Assembly: GCA_018692355.1 (NCBI GenBank)
Contig: JABHKE010000075.1
Coordinates: 1 to 59,793 of the forward strand
Direction: 5' to 3'
DNA length: 59,793 nt
DNA from: Fidelibacterota bacterium
GTDB lineage: Bacteria > Fidelibacterota > Marinisomatia > Marinisomatales > UBA1611
A model generated the notes under the pieces. It was not told the DNA's origin, did not search any database, and saw nothing but the letters and a program-made list of their open reading frames with translations. A program made the position numbers and the translations under genes. Shown here piece by piece: positions 18,726 to 28,367 of this stretch. Every line of letters starts with the position of its first letter. The stretch's first letter is position 1.

Positions 18726-19684
18726 TAATAGCTCCTAGTTTCTACTAAATTAACAAAATCAAAAAGTTCGCTGCAGTTGATTCCATCGATCTTTTCAAGG
18801 GAATTCCGAGCTAGGTCAAAATAAGTTTGGGCAAGACCTTTAGTTTCATTTTCTATCCCGTTTTCAGTGAAAAAGGACCGTATCTTATCCATGAAATCGA
18901 TTCTGTTCGGATCACCGATTATCTCACCCCATTCTTTTCCAAATAAGTTTCGTGCTTTTATTACCATCATAGTTTGCTTTCCTTCCGCAATATCGCTACC
19001 TAGGCTTTTTCCCATTTCATTCGGGTTTCCATAAATTTCGAGAAGGTCATCATGGATCTGAAAACCATTTCCCAAAGCACGACCAAATTGATCAAAATGA
19101 TTAATCACTTCCTGATCAGCGCCAACAAGTGTAGCGGACAACGCTGAACAGGCCCCTAGCAACGATCCTGTTTTTTTCTCGATCATTTCTAAATATTGAT
19201 CTTCAGTAATAGACAAATCATTCTCAAACTCTTTGTCTAAGGCTTGTCCCTCACATACTTCCAGGGTTGCCTGATTAAAGAAACGACAAATTGCATTAGA
19301 TCGATCTGGAATTCCACTTAATAATATTTGTGCAATTGCATTAATTCCATCACCAGCAAGTATTGCTGTTGATTCATCCCATTTAGAATGAACCGCCGCT
19401 TGTCCATGGCGCATATTATCATTATCCATAATATCATCGTGAACTAAAGTAAAATTATGAAGCAATTCAATAGCTAGGGCAATTTTCATTAACGATTCCG
19501 GATCTGCATTGTTAGCACGTCCTGCAAGATGTACAAGAATTGGCCGGAACCTTTTTCCATTTCCACTAAGCGCAAAACGGATTGGCTCATAAAGGTAAAC
19601 AGGCCTTTTCGGGATCGGAAGACGTTTTAGGTCACGGTTCACCTCCTTCCTAATAAAGATAATCAATTCATTAAATGTTGACAT
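18725..19684 (-). CDS. Polyprenyl diphosphate synthase (FPP/GGPP synthase family)
   Basis: The first Asp-rich motif is LVHDDIMD and the second is FQIHDDLLE. Chain length cannot be called from the sequence alone. Confidence 0.85.
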   Translation of the reverse strand: MSTFNELIIFIRKEVNRDLKRLPIPKRPVYLYEPIRFALSGNGKRFRPILVHLAGRANNADPESLMKIALAIELLHNFTLVHDDIMDNDNMRHGQAAVHSKWDESTAILAGDGINAIAQILLSGIPDRSNAICRFFNQATLEVCEGQALDKEFENDLSITEDQYLEMIEKKTGSLLGACSALSATLVGADQEVINHFDQFGRALGNGFQIHDDLLEIYGNPNEMGKSLGSDIAEGKQTMMVIKARNLFGKEWGEIIGDPNRIDFMDKIRSFFTENGIENETKGLAQTYFDLARNSLEKIDGINCSELFDFVNLVETRSY

Positions 19685-21055
19685 TTAATGTCCGCCCAAC
19701 TCCAAATTGCCGAATTCCTTGAGTTTTCCTAAGACCAGATTCATAATCTCATCCTTACGTTCGGGAGAATTAGCTTCGAAACGACAGACGATAACAGGCT
19801 GCGTATTCGACGAACGAACTAGTCCCCAACCATCGCCAAATTTGATGCGAACACCATCCACAGTACTACAATTATAATTTTTTGAAAAATATGCGATAGC
19901 CTGTTTTGCGATCCTGAACTTTTCCTTATCATTCTCAGCCTCCATTCGCATTTCTGGTGTGGAATAATAAATGGGGATTTCTGCTTTCAAATCAGAAAGT
20001 TTTTTATCTGTTCGAGATAAGAGTTGTACCAATCGAGCACTCACATAAAGGGCATCATCATATCCAAAATAATCATCTGCAAAAAATATATGGCCACTCA
20101 TTTCACCACCAAATTTACAATCTAACTCTCCCATTTTCTGCTTAATGAGAGAATGACCGGTCTTCCACATAATTGGATTCCCGCCATACCGGATGATCAT
20201 ATCTTCCAGAGCCTGGGAGCATTTTACATCAAAAAGAATATCTTCCCCGTTTTCAATTATTTCCGGCAAAAAGATTGCCATAAGTTGGTCTGCCCAAATG
20301 ATATCACCTGTCTCATCTACCACGCCAACTCGATCTGCATCACCATCGAAAGCCAGTCCAACATCGTATTGACCAGTTTTCATTTCTGCGATTAAATCCT
20401 GGAGATTCTCTTCAACAGTTGGATCAGGATGATGGTTCGGGAATGTCCCGTCTGGTTCAGAAAATAATTCTTTCAATTCAATCCCAAGAGCATTGAACAC
20501 ATCCGGTCCATTAATTCCACCTGCAGCATTCCCACAATCCATAACCACTTTCATAGGTCGTTCGATGTTTATTTTCTCCAGGATCATTTCTTTATACTTA
20601 GGCAGAATCTTATACCGCGCTTCCGTCCCTTCCCCTATTTCAAAATCCATTTTATCCATGAGTTGATACAAGGATTGGATATCATCACCAAAAAAAGCTT
20701 TTTTATCCAATGAGAATTTGAAACCGTTGAATTCTGGGGGATTGTGACTCCCCGTGATCTGTACAGCGCCCGATACATCTAAATAATACATGGAATAATA
20801 ATTCACTGGTGTTGGGATAATACCGAGATTGATAATATCGATTCCAGTGGAAAGCACACCCGTTTTAAAATATGTCATAAGATCAGGTGTAGTAAGGCGA
20901 ATATCGCCACTCAAGGCAATTTCCTGACCACCAGCTCGTTTCACAAAGGTGCCAAAGGCTTTACCTAGTTTAACAACAACGTGTTCGGGAAAATCTTCTA
21001 TTACTTTACCGCGAATATCATATTCACGAAAAATATAAGGGTTAATTAGAGACAT
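19685..21055 (-). CDS. Phosphomannomutase/phosphoglucomutase
   Basis: It has the phosphoserine loop TGSHNPPEFNGFK, the Mg site FDGDADR and the sugar loop GGEMSGH. Confidence 0.88.
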   Translation of the reverse strand: MSLINPYIFREYDIRGKVIEDFPEHVVVKLGKAFGTFVKRAGGQEIALSGDIRLTTPDLMTYFKTGVLSTGIDIINLGIIPTPVNYYSMYYLDVSGAVQITGSHNPPEFNGFKFSLDKKAFFGDDIQSLYQLMDKMDFEIGEGTEARYKILPKYKEMILEKINIERPMKVVMDCGNAAGGINGPDVFNALGIELKELFSEPDGTFPNHHPDPTVEENLQDLIAEMKTGQYDVGLAFDGDADRVGVVDETGDIIWADQLMAIFLPEIIENGEDILFDVKCSQALEDMIIRYGGNPIMWKTGHSLIKQKMGELDCKFGGEMSGHIFFADDYFGYDDALYVSARLVQLLSRTDKKLSDLKAEIPIYYSTPEMRMEAENDKEKFRIAKQAIAYFSKNYNCSTVDGVRIKFGDGWGLVRSSNTQPVIVCRFEANSPERKDEIMNLVLGKLKEFGNLELGGH

Positions 21056-21140
21056 TTCGATTTCTTTTAATTAGTTAAAAAAGTGGGGGAGGAATCTACG
21101 AAACAGGAATTGTTTTTTCGATACGAAACTGATTGAATAT

Positions 21141-22253
21141 TTAATCAATTCCTCTTATAAAGTCCGATACTCGATCAAGCCCACTTCTGACATATTCTTC
21201 AGGTGTCCCATAACCAAACCTCACAAATCCTTCCATTCCATGCCATTTCCCTGCTGTTAATAAAACACTAAAATTATCTCTCAAGTTGAAAACAAATTCT
21301 TCCGAACTCATGGGAATATTTAATTTAGCAAAGGTGATCGCTGCAGCTTTTGGGCGAGTAATTGTTAAAGCTGGAACGTGTTCAGCCCAGTCACACAGCA
21401 TATTAAGATTATGATTTAAATGGTCTTTGGTTCTGTCTAATATCTTTCTTCTACGACCATATTCCAGAATTTTGGAGGCCACCCAATCACTCAAATATGC
21501 CACATTAATGACAGTAAAATCATGAAAAGACCAAGCGCGATTAATATACGCTTCAGATCCTACAGTCCACCCAAGTCTAAGCCCTGGTAAACTATAGGCT
21601 TTTGACAGACCAGCATTGACTATTGTTTTGTCTGTTGCCCCTGCAAAAGATCTGCATTCTACCCCATCCAATTCTGCACCACGATATACTTCATCGGAAA
21701 GAACCCAACAATCCGTTTCACGCGCAACTTCAATGACTCCATCCATTACCTCAGGATTCATTAAAGCTCCTGTTGGATTATTGGGATTACAGATGACAAT
21801 CATTTTTGTTTTGGATGTGACTATGGATTTAAGTTCATCAAGATCCCACTGCCAGCCAAGTTCCTGATGTAAAGGCAAACTTTTTACAATAATTCCAAAA
21901 CTACGGGCCAAGTGGTAGATCTGGAGATAATTGGGAACCATATAAATAATCTCATCACCCGATTCAAGTTGGGTCATAACAGAAAGAAAGTTGGCTTCAG
22001 CAGAACCAGAGGTAATCAAAACATTTTCAATTGAAAATGTATCACCATACATATCTGCAACCCTTTGTCTTAACTCCGGGGTACCATTGGTATATCCATA
22101 GTACAAATTTTTATTTAATAACTCCTTTTGTTCATCATCAGTCAGGATTTCACTCATTTTCAGCGGGTGAACACCACTTTCGGATAAATTATAATCCACT
22201 TCGTTTTCAAAAAGAGATTGGTTTCTCTCTAATTCAAATAATTCAAATTTCAT
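21141..22253 (-). CDS. Class I/II PLP-dependent aminotransferase
   Basis: It has PNNPTG and the PLP-Lys motif SKAYSLPGLRLGW. Specificity is unknown. Confidence 0.8.
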   Translation of the reverse strand: MKFELFELERNQSLFENEVDYNLSESGVHPLKMSEILTDDEQKELLNKNLYYGYTNGTPELRQRVADMYGDTFSIENVLITSGSAEANFLSVMTQLESGDEIIYMVPNYLQIYHLARSFGIIVKSLPLHQELGWQWDLDELKSIVTSKTKMIVICNPNNPTGALMNPEVMDGVIEVARETDCWVLSDEVYRGAELDGVECRSFAGATDKTIVNAGLSKAYSLPGLRLGWTVGSEAYINRAWSFHDFTVINVAYLSDWVASKILEYGRRRKILDRTKDHLNHNLNMLCDWAEHVPALTITRPKAAAITFAKLNIPMSSEEFVFNLRDNFSVLLTAGKWHGMEGFVRFGYGTPEEYVRSGLDRVSDFIRGID

Positions 22254-23203
22254 GATTCATTCTCCATAAAAGATTCATAAACCGCCGTGGCTATTTGGAT
22301 ATCCTGAACTGCCACACCCGTAAGATCGGCCACTGTTATTTGGTCTTGTGCAGTTCGCCCTGGATGTTGGCCGGACAATACGTGTCCTAATTCAACAATA
22401 TTATTTTTGGTCAATTTTCCATCTTTTAATGCGTGAGATATCTCTCCCCTCTCTATACATTGAGGAATACTGTCAGCTACCACACAATCTGCCTTTTCCA
22501 TAATGTTTGGGTCCAACTCCTGTTTTGCCGGTGTGTCTGATCCCATTGCAGTTATATGAGTTCCTGGCAGAATATCATCAGCAAATAATATGGGTTCAGT
22601 GGCGGCAGTGGTTGTAATAATGAGATTACAAGTATCTGTTACATGTTTTGGTGAATCACATATTCTTACCTTAAATCCCAAATTCATCATGTAAGAACTA
22701 TATTCCTCTGATTTTTCTGTCTTTCTCCCCCACACCATTACTTTTCTGCATGCCGTAATCTTTTTTAAATACTCAACCTGCATTCTAGCCTGCAGGCCGG
22801 TTCCAATCACACCAATACAATGGATCTCATTTGCGAATTGTTGAGCGCAAATCGCTCCAGCTACCGCAGTCCGTACATCCGTGAGATAGGCTTCATCAGA
22901 GAGTAATGCTACATTTTTTCCTGTTTTCTGGTCAAATAGCAACATGAGACCAGAACCATTAGAGATGCCCAACTTTTCGTTCTGATGAAACCCTGATGCA
23001 ATCTTAATGACATAATATTTATCACCAATGATATACCCATATTTGATATGAACATCTCCAGGGGGATTTTTAAAAGAAAGTTCACCTACAGGAGGAACAA
23101 CAGATTTTCCTTCAGAGTAAGCAATAAATCCATTTCTGATTATAGGAAAAAGATCTAGGCTTTCTGTAATATGCTTAATCTCAGGTTTAAGAATTATTTT
23201 CAT
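22250..23203 (-). CDS. Ornithine cyclodeaminase/mu-crystallin family protein
   Basis: 317 aa with a Rossmann GVIGTGLQA and the family-typical order TDVRTAVAG...ITAMGSD. The stop overlaps the start of the downstream aminotransferase. Confidence 0.72.
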   Translation of the reverse strand: MKIILKPEIKHITESLDLFPIIRNGFIAYSEGKSVVPPVGELSFKNPPGDVHIKYGYIIGDKYYVIKIASGFHQNEKLGISNGSGLMLLFDQKTGKNVALLSDEAYLTDVRTAVAGAICAQQFANEIHCIGVIGTGLQARMQVEYLKKITACRKVMVWGRKTEKSEEYSSYMMNLGFKVRICDSPKHVTDTCNLIITTTAATEPILFADDILPGTHITAMGSDTPAKQELDPNIMEKADCVVADSIPQCIERGEISHALKDGKLTKNNIVELGHVLSGQHPGRTAQDQITVADLTGVAVQDIQIATAVYESFMENES

Positions 23204-23426
23204 TAATAGTTTAAAAAATTATTGAATATTATGACTCTGACATCATCCGATATTACGGCATTATGGATAAATTTTAACTCCCTAATGACCACTGTAAGAA
23301 AAAATAATATTTTCTTTGGAATAATAATCAAATTGAATTGTTTTCCAATAGTACAAGTCCAATTATTTCCCCAACTTTCAATGAGTGAAACAATAGTACA
23401 ATTAATAATTTTATAGGAATTTTAAT

Positions 23427-24047
23427 TTGGATAAGAAATATTGGGATGGCTACTACACCGATCATCACGCCAAAAGCAAGCCCACAAGTTTTGCAAAAAG
23501 TATTATTAATACTCTGCCAAAAAAAACATGTAAACTCCTAGAAATAGGTTGCGGAAACGGTCGAGATTCTTTTTATTTTTCTGGAAAAGGACATGATGTT
23601 TCAGCCTTTGATCAATCAGAAGTCATTATAAACACTTTACAAAATTCAGGTAAAAATTCACCCCATTTTTTTATAGATGATATAAGAAATATATCTATTC
23701 AACCTAAAGAACCTTTTGATATTGTTTATGCCAGATTTGTACTACATGCCTTGAATGAATATGAGGCTCAACAAGCTTTCAAATGGATATTTGAACATTT
23801 AAATAATGGTGGGCTGTTCTATTCTGAAAGTCGTTCTATTAAAGATAATATCTTTGGCGAAGGGGAAAAAATAGAACAAAATATTTATAAAACCGACCAC
23901 CGTCGTAGATTTCTTGAAAAAAAAGATCTATTAAAAGAGCTGGAATCTTTTGGATTTACCATTAATTATGTTTTAGAAAAGCAAGGTCTGGCAGTTTACA
24001 AGGATTCTGACCCTGTAGTGATACGGGTTATCGCCCAAAAACTATAA
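23427..24047 (+). CDS. Class I SAM-dependent methyltransferase
   Basis: Motif I is LEIGCGNGRDS and post-I is an acidic D(62). 206 aa with a TTG start. The substrate is unknown. Confidence 0.7.
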   Translation: MDKKYWDGYYTDHHAKSKPTSFAKSIINTLPKKTCKLLEIGCGNGRDSFYFSGKGHDVSAFDQSEVIINTLQNSGKNSPHFFIDDIRNISIQPKEPFDIVYARFVLHALNEYEAQQAFKWIFEHLNNGGLFYSESRSIKDNIFGEGEKIEQNIYKTDHRRRFLEKKDLLKELESFGFTINYVLEKQGLAVYKDSDPVVIRVIAQKL

Positions 24048-24064
24048 TAATCTAAGATTAAAAC

Positions 24065-24802
24065 TTACTCAAATTTTGATATAGCCTTTAATCGCAGCTT
24101 AAATCGTAAAAGCATATTTATACCCAAAATAGTGAATAATAACCATACTCCCAATGCGGGCTTCCCTGCAAGCACACTTACACTTACCCAAAAATAATAA
24201 TCTATATGATGAAAATTCATGATTCTATGCTGTCCAGTAAGGATAATTTTCCATGTTGGAACTTCAGAAAGATCAGTCACAATTGCACCAGGGTTTACAA
24301 TTTTTGATTTACCTAATTCTTTAAGTTCATAATAAGCATAACTCCAGTACATATAACAGATTATAAGGTAAAATGCACCTGTCAAAGGGGCTAAAAATAA
24401 CAGATAAGTTGGAGAACCTTGTTTTACTGCTACCCATCCTAATCCGGAAATAATTGCAAGGAATGATAATCCATCAAATATTCGGTCCATAAATGCTCCA
24501 GTGAGGCTAGTAATATTCCTATATCTTGCTAGATTACCATCCATATGGTCCATTACCACACCAAACTGAATTAAAACAACGCCCCATAAGGAAGTATTGC
24601 CATCACCAAGAGCTATAAATACAGCACCCCAGATTCGAATGAATAAAGATAATACGGTGATTCCCCAGGGTGTTATCCATTTCCAATCACCCACCACAGA
24701 TAAAATTGCCCAACTCATTGGATCGCAAAATGTGAGTGTCCACCAATCCTTGGCCTGCCTGGTTTTCATGGCTTTATACCGCCGTTTAATTTCTTGTAAC
24801 AT
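24065..24802 (-). CDS. CDP-alcohol phosphatidyltransferase family protein
   Basis: The signature D-x2-D-G-x2-A-R-x8-G-x3-D-x3-D is present as DHMDGNLARYRNITSLTGAFMDRIFD. The protein is polytopic. Confidence 0.75.
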   Translation of the reverse strand: MLQEIKRRYKAMKTRQAKDWWTLTFCDPMSWAILSVVGDWKWITPWGITVLSLFIRIWGAVFIALGDGNTSLWGVVLIQFGVVMDHMDGNLARYRNITSLTGAFMDRIFDGLSFLAIISGLGWVAVKQGSPTYLLFLAPLTGAFYLIICYMYWSYAYYELKELGKSKIVNPGAIVTDLSEVPTWKIILTGQHRIMNFHHIDYYFWVSVSVLAGKPALGVWLLFTILGINMLLRFKLRLKAISKFE

Positions 24803-24825
24803 CAGCTTAATGGTTCAAGGTTTAA

Positions 24826-24851
24826 TGTAATCTAGTGCCTAATAGATTACA
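24826..24851. repeat. Perfect 9-bp inverted repeat (tgtaatcta N8 tagattaca) between the DUF819 gene and the CDP-alcohol transferase gene
   Basis: Seen directly in the sequence. There is no U-tract on either strand, so it is not a canonical intrinsic terminator. It could be an operator or an RNA processing hairpin. Confidence 0.3.
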
Positions 24852-24890
24852 ATTATAAAGTAAGTCCATTGAAGTTTTTCTATCATAATA

Positions 24891-26135
24891 TTAAGGTGAA
24901 ATTGCTTGCATTAACATACCGCAGAACCATGCACCATAGGTGCCAATAGCATAGCCCAGTACCGCCAGTAAAACACCCACCGGTGCCAAGGATGGATGAA
25001 ACGCTGAAGCAACAATGGGTGCCGAAGCGGCGCCACCAATGTTCGCCTGGCTCCCTACAGCCAAAAAGAAAAATGGTGCACGGATGAGTTTTGCCACAAC
25101 GATAAGCAGAATAGCGTGAAAGGCAATCCAGATTAACCCAATAATAAACAAACCGGGATTTTCAAAAATAGCCAGGATATTCATTTTCATTCCAATCGTA
25201 GCTACAAGAATATAAAGGAACAAACTTCCATAACGAGATGCGCCAACACCTTCCAATTCCCTTGCCTTTGTAAAAGAGAGCCCTAACGCAAACGTGGTCG
25301 CCAAAACTATGAGCCAGAAGAATTTTGAAGTAAGACTGAATTTTGCCAGCCACGGCGCACTCTCACTAATCCAAGGTGCAATATTATCTGCACCTAGGTG
25401 TGCAATTGCAGTAACACCAAATCCCACTGTCATGACCTTGAGCGTATCTGTTAAATCGGGAATACGAAGTATCTGGGCACGATAGGCTTCGATCTTTTCT
25501 TTCAATTCTGTAATTGCAGAATTATCGGCTTGGAATTTGGCATCGATCCTTTCATTGATTCCAGCGCCATACAATAAAAATGCCATCCAAATATTGGCGA
25601 CGATCACATCCACAGCGATCATAGATGAAAAAAGGGTATCACTTACATTGAAAATTTCTTTCATAGCTGCCTGATTTGCGCCACCGCCGATCCAACTTCC
25701 AGCCACGGTAGTGAGTCCACGCCAAACAGCATCGGGTCCGACACCGCCCACAACATCTGGTGCAAAGGTGGAAACAATCAAGATTGCTAATGGACCACCT
25801 AAAATGATTCCTGCCGTAGCTGTTAAAAACATGATGATGGCTTTGGGACCCAGTTTTTTAATTTCTGGTAGATCAATGCTTATGGTGAGTAAAACAAGAC
25901 TTGTAGGGAGTAAATACCTGGATGCAACAAAATAGAGATTAGATTCTTCCCCAGAGATAATACCGAAAGAGTTAAAAATGGAGGGAATGAAATAACATAA
26001 TAGGAGTGTAGGAATAAATTTATAGAATTTTTTCCAGAATGGACTTTCACTTTTGGATGTGGTAAAAACAAATGCCAAGATGCTGATGAGAATACCAAAA
26101 ACAATGGCATCATTTGTGAAAAGAGATGTGTGCAT
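24891..26135 (-). CDS. DUF819 (YjcL-like) integral membrane protein
   Basis: Collinear with B. subtilis YjcL as I recall it: SWIGGGANQAAMK vs SYIGGGVNFAAMA, QANIGGAASAPIVA vs NATVGGPTTAAALA, and a GYAIGTYGA C-terminus. Confidence 0.7.
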   Translation of the reverse strand: MHTSLFTNDAIVFGILISILAFVFTTSKSESPFWKKFYKFIPTLLLCYFIPSIFNSFGIISGEESNLYFVASRYLLPTSLVLLTISIDLPEIKKLGPKAIIMFLTATAGIILGGPLAILIVSTFAPDVVGGVGPDAVWRGLTTVAGSWIGGGANQAAMKEIFNVSDTLFSSMIAVDVIVANIWMAFLLYGAGINERIDAKFQADNSAITELKEKIEAYRAQILRIPDLTDTLKVMTVGFGVTAIAHLGADNIAPWISESAPWLAKFSLTSKFFWLIVLATTFALGLSFTKARELEGVGASRYGSLFLYILVATIGMKMNILAIFENPGLFIIGLIWIAFHAILLIVVAKLIRAPFFFLAVGSQANIGGAASAPIVASAFHPSLAPVGVLLAVLGYAIGTYGAWFCGMLMQAISP

Positions 26136-26231
26136 TGATGAAATTAGCTTACATTATTCGCAGTTTGTTGATCTAGGTAATATTCTGTTTTAATTCTGCT
26201 TCGTTCATATTATTTGTCTCCCAGCCTAATT

Positions 26232-26972
26232 CTATCGACGGCTCTGCAGTTTTGCCAAAAGTCGAAGAATCTCTAAATAAAGCCAGATCAAAGTTACAAG
26301 CAGACCAAAGGCGCCGTACCATTCCATGTATTTTGGGGCACCCATCTCAACACCTTCTTCAATAAAATCGAAATCTAATACAAGATTTAAGGCAGCAATC
26401 ACCACTACAAATCCGCTGAACAAAATCCCCATCATTCCATTACTATGGATTACGCCAATGCCGGAACCAAAAAAACCCATAATCATATTTATGACATATA
26501 GAATAGCGATCCCACCCGTTGCAGCTACAACACCCAGTTTAAAATTTTCTGTAGCTTCAATAAGACCCGATTTATAAGCAAGCAATAAAGCACCTAAAGT
26601 GCCAAATGTTAAAAAGATCGCCTGAATCACAATTCCCGGATACATTTGTTCAAAGATCATGGATATCACACCGAGAAAAATGCCTTCCACAACAGCATAC
26701 ATGGGAACAGTAATGTGCCCATACTGGGGTTTAAAAATGGTAACCATAGCCAATATGAATCCACCAATAACAGCAGGAATTACTAATCCATGCATAGCTG
26801 GATTTCCCCACGTATAACCAGCACTAAAAATAATTAAGATTAATCCAATTCCGGTTTTATTAACTGTGCCGCTCAATGTCATGGTACCTTCTGTCACGGC
26901 TGACAAATGGTTCCTAAATGTGGATGATTGCAGAGCCGGGTTTCCGGATCTCATTGAAAGATGTTTATTCAT
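26232..26972 (-). CDS. Bax inhibitor-1/YccA family membrane protein
   Basis: It has seven hydrophobic helices, an N-terminal MRSGNPAL...F motif and a charged C-terminus (LAKLQSRR). The start is either ATG 26972 or ATG 26954. Confidence 0.72.
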   Translation of the reverse strand: MNKHLSMRSGNPALQSSTFRNHLSAVTEGTMTLSGTVNKTGIGLILIIFSAGYTWGNPAMHGLVIPAVIGGFILAMVTIFKPQYGHITVPMYAVVEGIFLGVISMIFEQMYPGIVIQAIFLTFGTLGALLLAYKSGLIEATENFKLGVVAATGGIAILYVINMIMGFFGSGIGVIHSNGMMGILFSGFVVVIAALNLVLDFDFIEEGVEMGAPKYMEWYGAFGLLVTLIWLYLEILRLLAKLQSRR

Positions 26973-27099
26973 TTTCTTCTACCTTTTCAATTCTAAACCA
27001 TGGTTTTCCATCAGATCTCTTTTTCTTGGCCATTTTTATTAAACTCATTACCACAATAAAGATAAGTGGTAACGATAAAATAACTACAGGGTTTTCCAT
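26965..27099 (-). CDS. Candidate unannotated 44-aa single-pass membrane protein
   Basis: Hand-translated: MENPVVILSLPLIFIVVMSLIKMAKKKRSDGKPWFRIEKVEENE. It has one hydrophobic helix and then a basic/charged tail. It starts 21 nt after the M48 protease stop, and its TAA overlaps the BI-1 gene ATG by 8 nt (ATGAATAA). No obvious SD is present. Confidence 0.35.
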   Translation of the reverse strand: MENPVVILSLPLIFIVVMSLIKMAKKKRSDGKPWFRIEKVEENE

Positions 27100-27120
27100 G
27101 ATTAATTAATAAAATATATT

Positions 27121-28356
27121 TTACCTATTATTGACTGCTGCTATCCGATCCATCACCGGCGGATGACTGTATGATAAAAATACCATCAGGGGATGTGGAG
27201 TTAAATGCGACAAGTTATTGGCAGCTAATCCTTTCAGCATACTGATTAATGCTTCCTTGTTTTGAGTATGCTCCAAAGAATACGCATCAGCTTCAAATTC
27301 ATTTTTTCGGCTCATGGCAGTTGTAAAAATAGATGTTAGAAAACTCACAGGTGCATACAACATTCCGAAGAAAATAAGTCCTCCATAAACGGAAACAGTC
27401 TCCACACCAAAAACAGAAAATAATGCAGGATCATTCATAATAAGATTAAACACAAAAAGCATAACACCTGTTTCAAGTATTCCTAAAATTGTTCCCGTAA
27501 TAATATGTTTCTTTTTATAATGACCCACCTCATGGGCTACCACTGATACAATTTCTTCGGTTGTATGTTTATCCAATAAAGTATCAAATAGTGCAATACG
27601 TCTTGATTTCCCGAATCCACTGAAATACGCATTGGAATGAGATGAACGTTTGCTGCCATCCATCATATCGATGCGAGCAATAGGAAAATTAACTTTTTCT
27701 GCAAATACTTCTATGGCGGTTCTCAAATCTCCATCTTCGAGAGGTGTAAACTTATTGAATATGGGCGCGATTACATGAACAAACAATGGTTGGATAGCAA
27801 TCATAAAAGCTGTGATAATTCCCCATGCAATCCACCAACCATTCTCACCATAGGTATTAAAAAAGTAAAGGACTGGGCTCATAATTATTGTTCCAAACAC
27901 AATGGTGAGCATGTATCCTTTCAATTTATCTATTACGTAGGTTTTCGAAGTTGTTTTATTAAACCCATATTTCTCTTCTAAAACAAAAGTGCCGTATAGC
28001 GAAAAAGGTAAATTAATTATATCATTTATAATAAAAATAATTCCAAAATACATTAGTCCACTTAAAATAGGATGAACCGTTTGAGTTCGCACAAACTGAT
28101 CTAGAATTCCAAAGAGTCCGGTGTGAATTACTATTAATGTTAATGCCAAACTGAAAGTGCTGGAAAATAAACCAAATCGTGTATTATCTTTTAAATATGC
28201 CTGTGATTTGCCGTATTTGTCTTCATCATAATGATCCTGAAAGCCATTTGGAACATCTTCCGAAACACTATTCATATTTAAGACTGAGCTTACCGTAGAA
28301 AGTAAATATTCTATAATTAGCGCGCCAATAATAATCAAATAATATGTTTGTTCCAT
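27121..28356 (-). CDS. M48 family zinc metalloprotease (Ste24/HtpX-like CAAX protease type)
   Basis: It has the HExxH motif VAHEVGHYKKKH, a downstream NEFEAD glutamate and a multi-TM N-terminal half. 411 aa. Confidence 0.85.
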   Translation of the reverse strand: MEQTYYLIIIGALIIEYLLSTVSSVLNMNSVSEDVPNGFQDHYDEDKYGKSQAYLKDNTRFGLFSSTFSLALTLIVIHTGLFGILDQFVRTQTVHPILSGLMYFGIIFIINDIINLPFSLYGTFVLEEKYGFNKTTSKTYVIDKLKGYMLTIVFGTIIMSPVLYFFNTYGENGWWIAWGIITAFMIAIQPLFVHVIAPIFNKFTPLEDGDLRTAIEVFAEKVNFPIARIDMMDGSKRSSHSNAYFSGFGKSRRIALFDTLLDKHTTEEIVSVVAHEVGHYKKKHIITGTILGILETGVMLFVFNLIMNDPALFSVFGVETVSVYGGLIFFGMLYAPVSFLTSIFTTAMSRKNEFEADAYSLEHTQNKEALISMLKGLAANNLSHLTPHPLMVFLSYSHPPVMDRIAAVNNR

Positions 28357-28367
28357 TTATAAAAAAC

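Noticed and set aside
21097-21129. 8-bp direct repeat TACGAAAC (21097-21104 and 21122-21129) upstream of the phosphomannomutase operon
   Set aside because: An 8-mer repeat in an 85-bp AT-rich spacer is not clearly above chance by my rough estimate.
23222-23416. 64-aa ORF in the 223-bp divergent spacer
   Set aside because: It has a non-ATG start, an AT-rich low-information translation and no SD. The region reads better as a promoter spacer.
26918-27109. 63-aa plus-strand ORF across the M48/BI-1 spacer
   Set aside because: It is on the opposite strand to the surrounding operon and overlaps the BI-1 start. The minus-strand 44-aa ORF is a better explanation of this gap.
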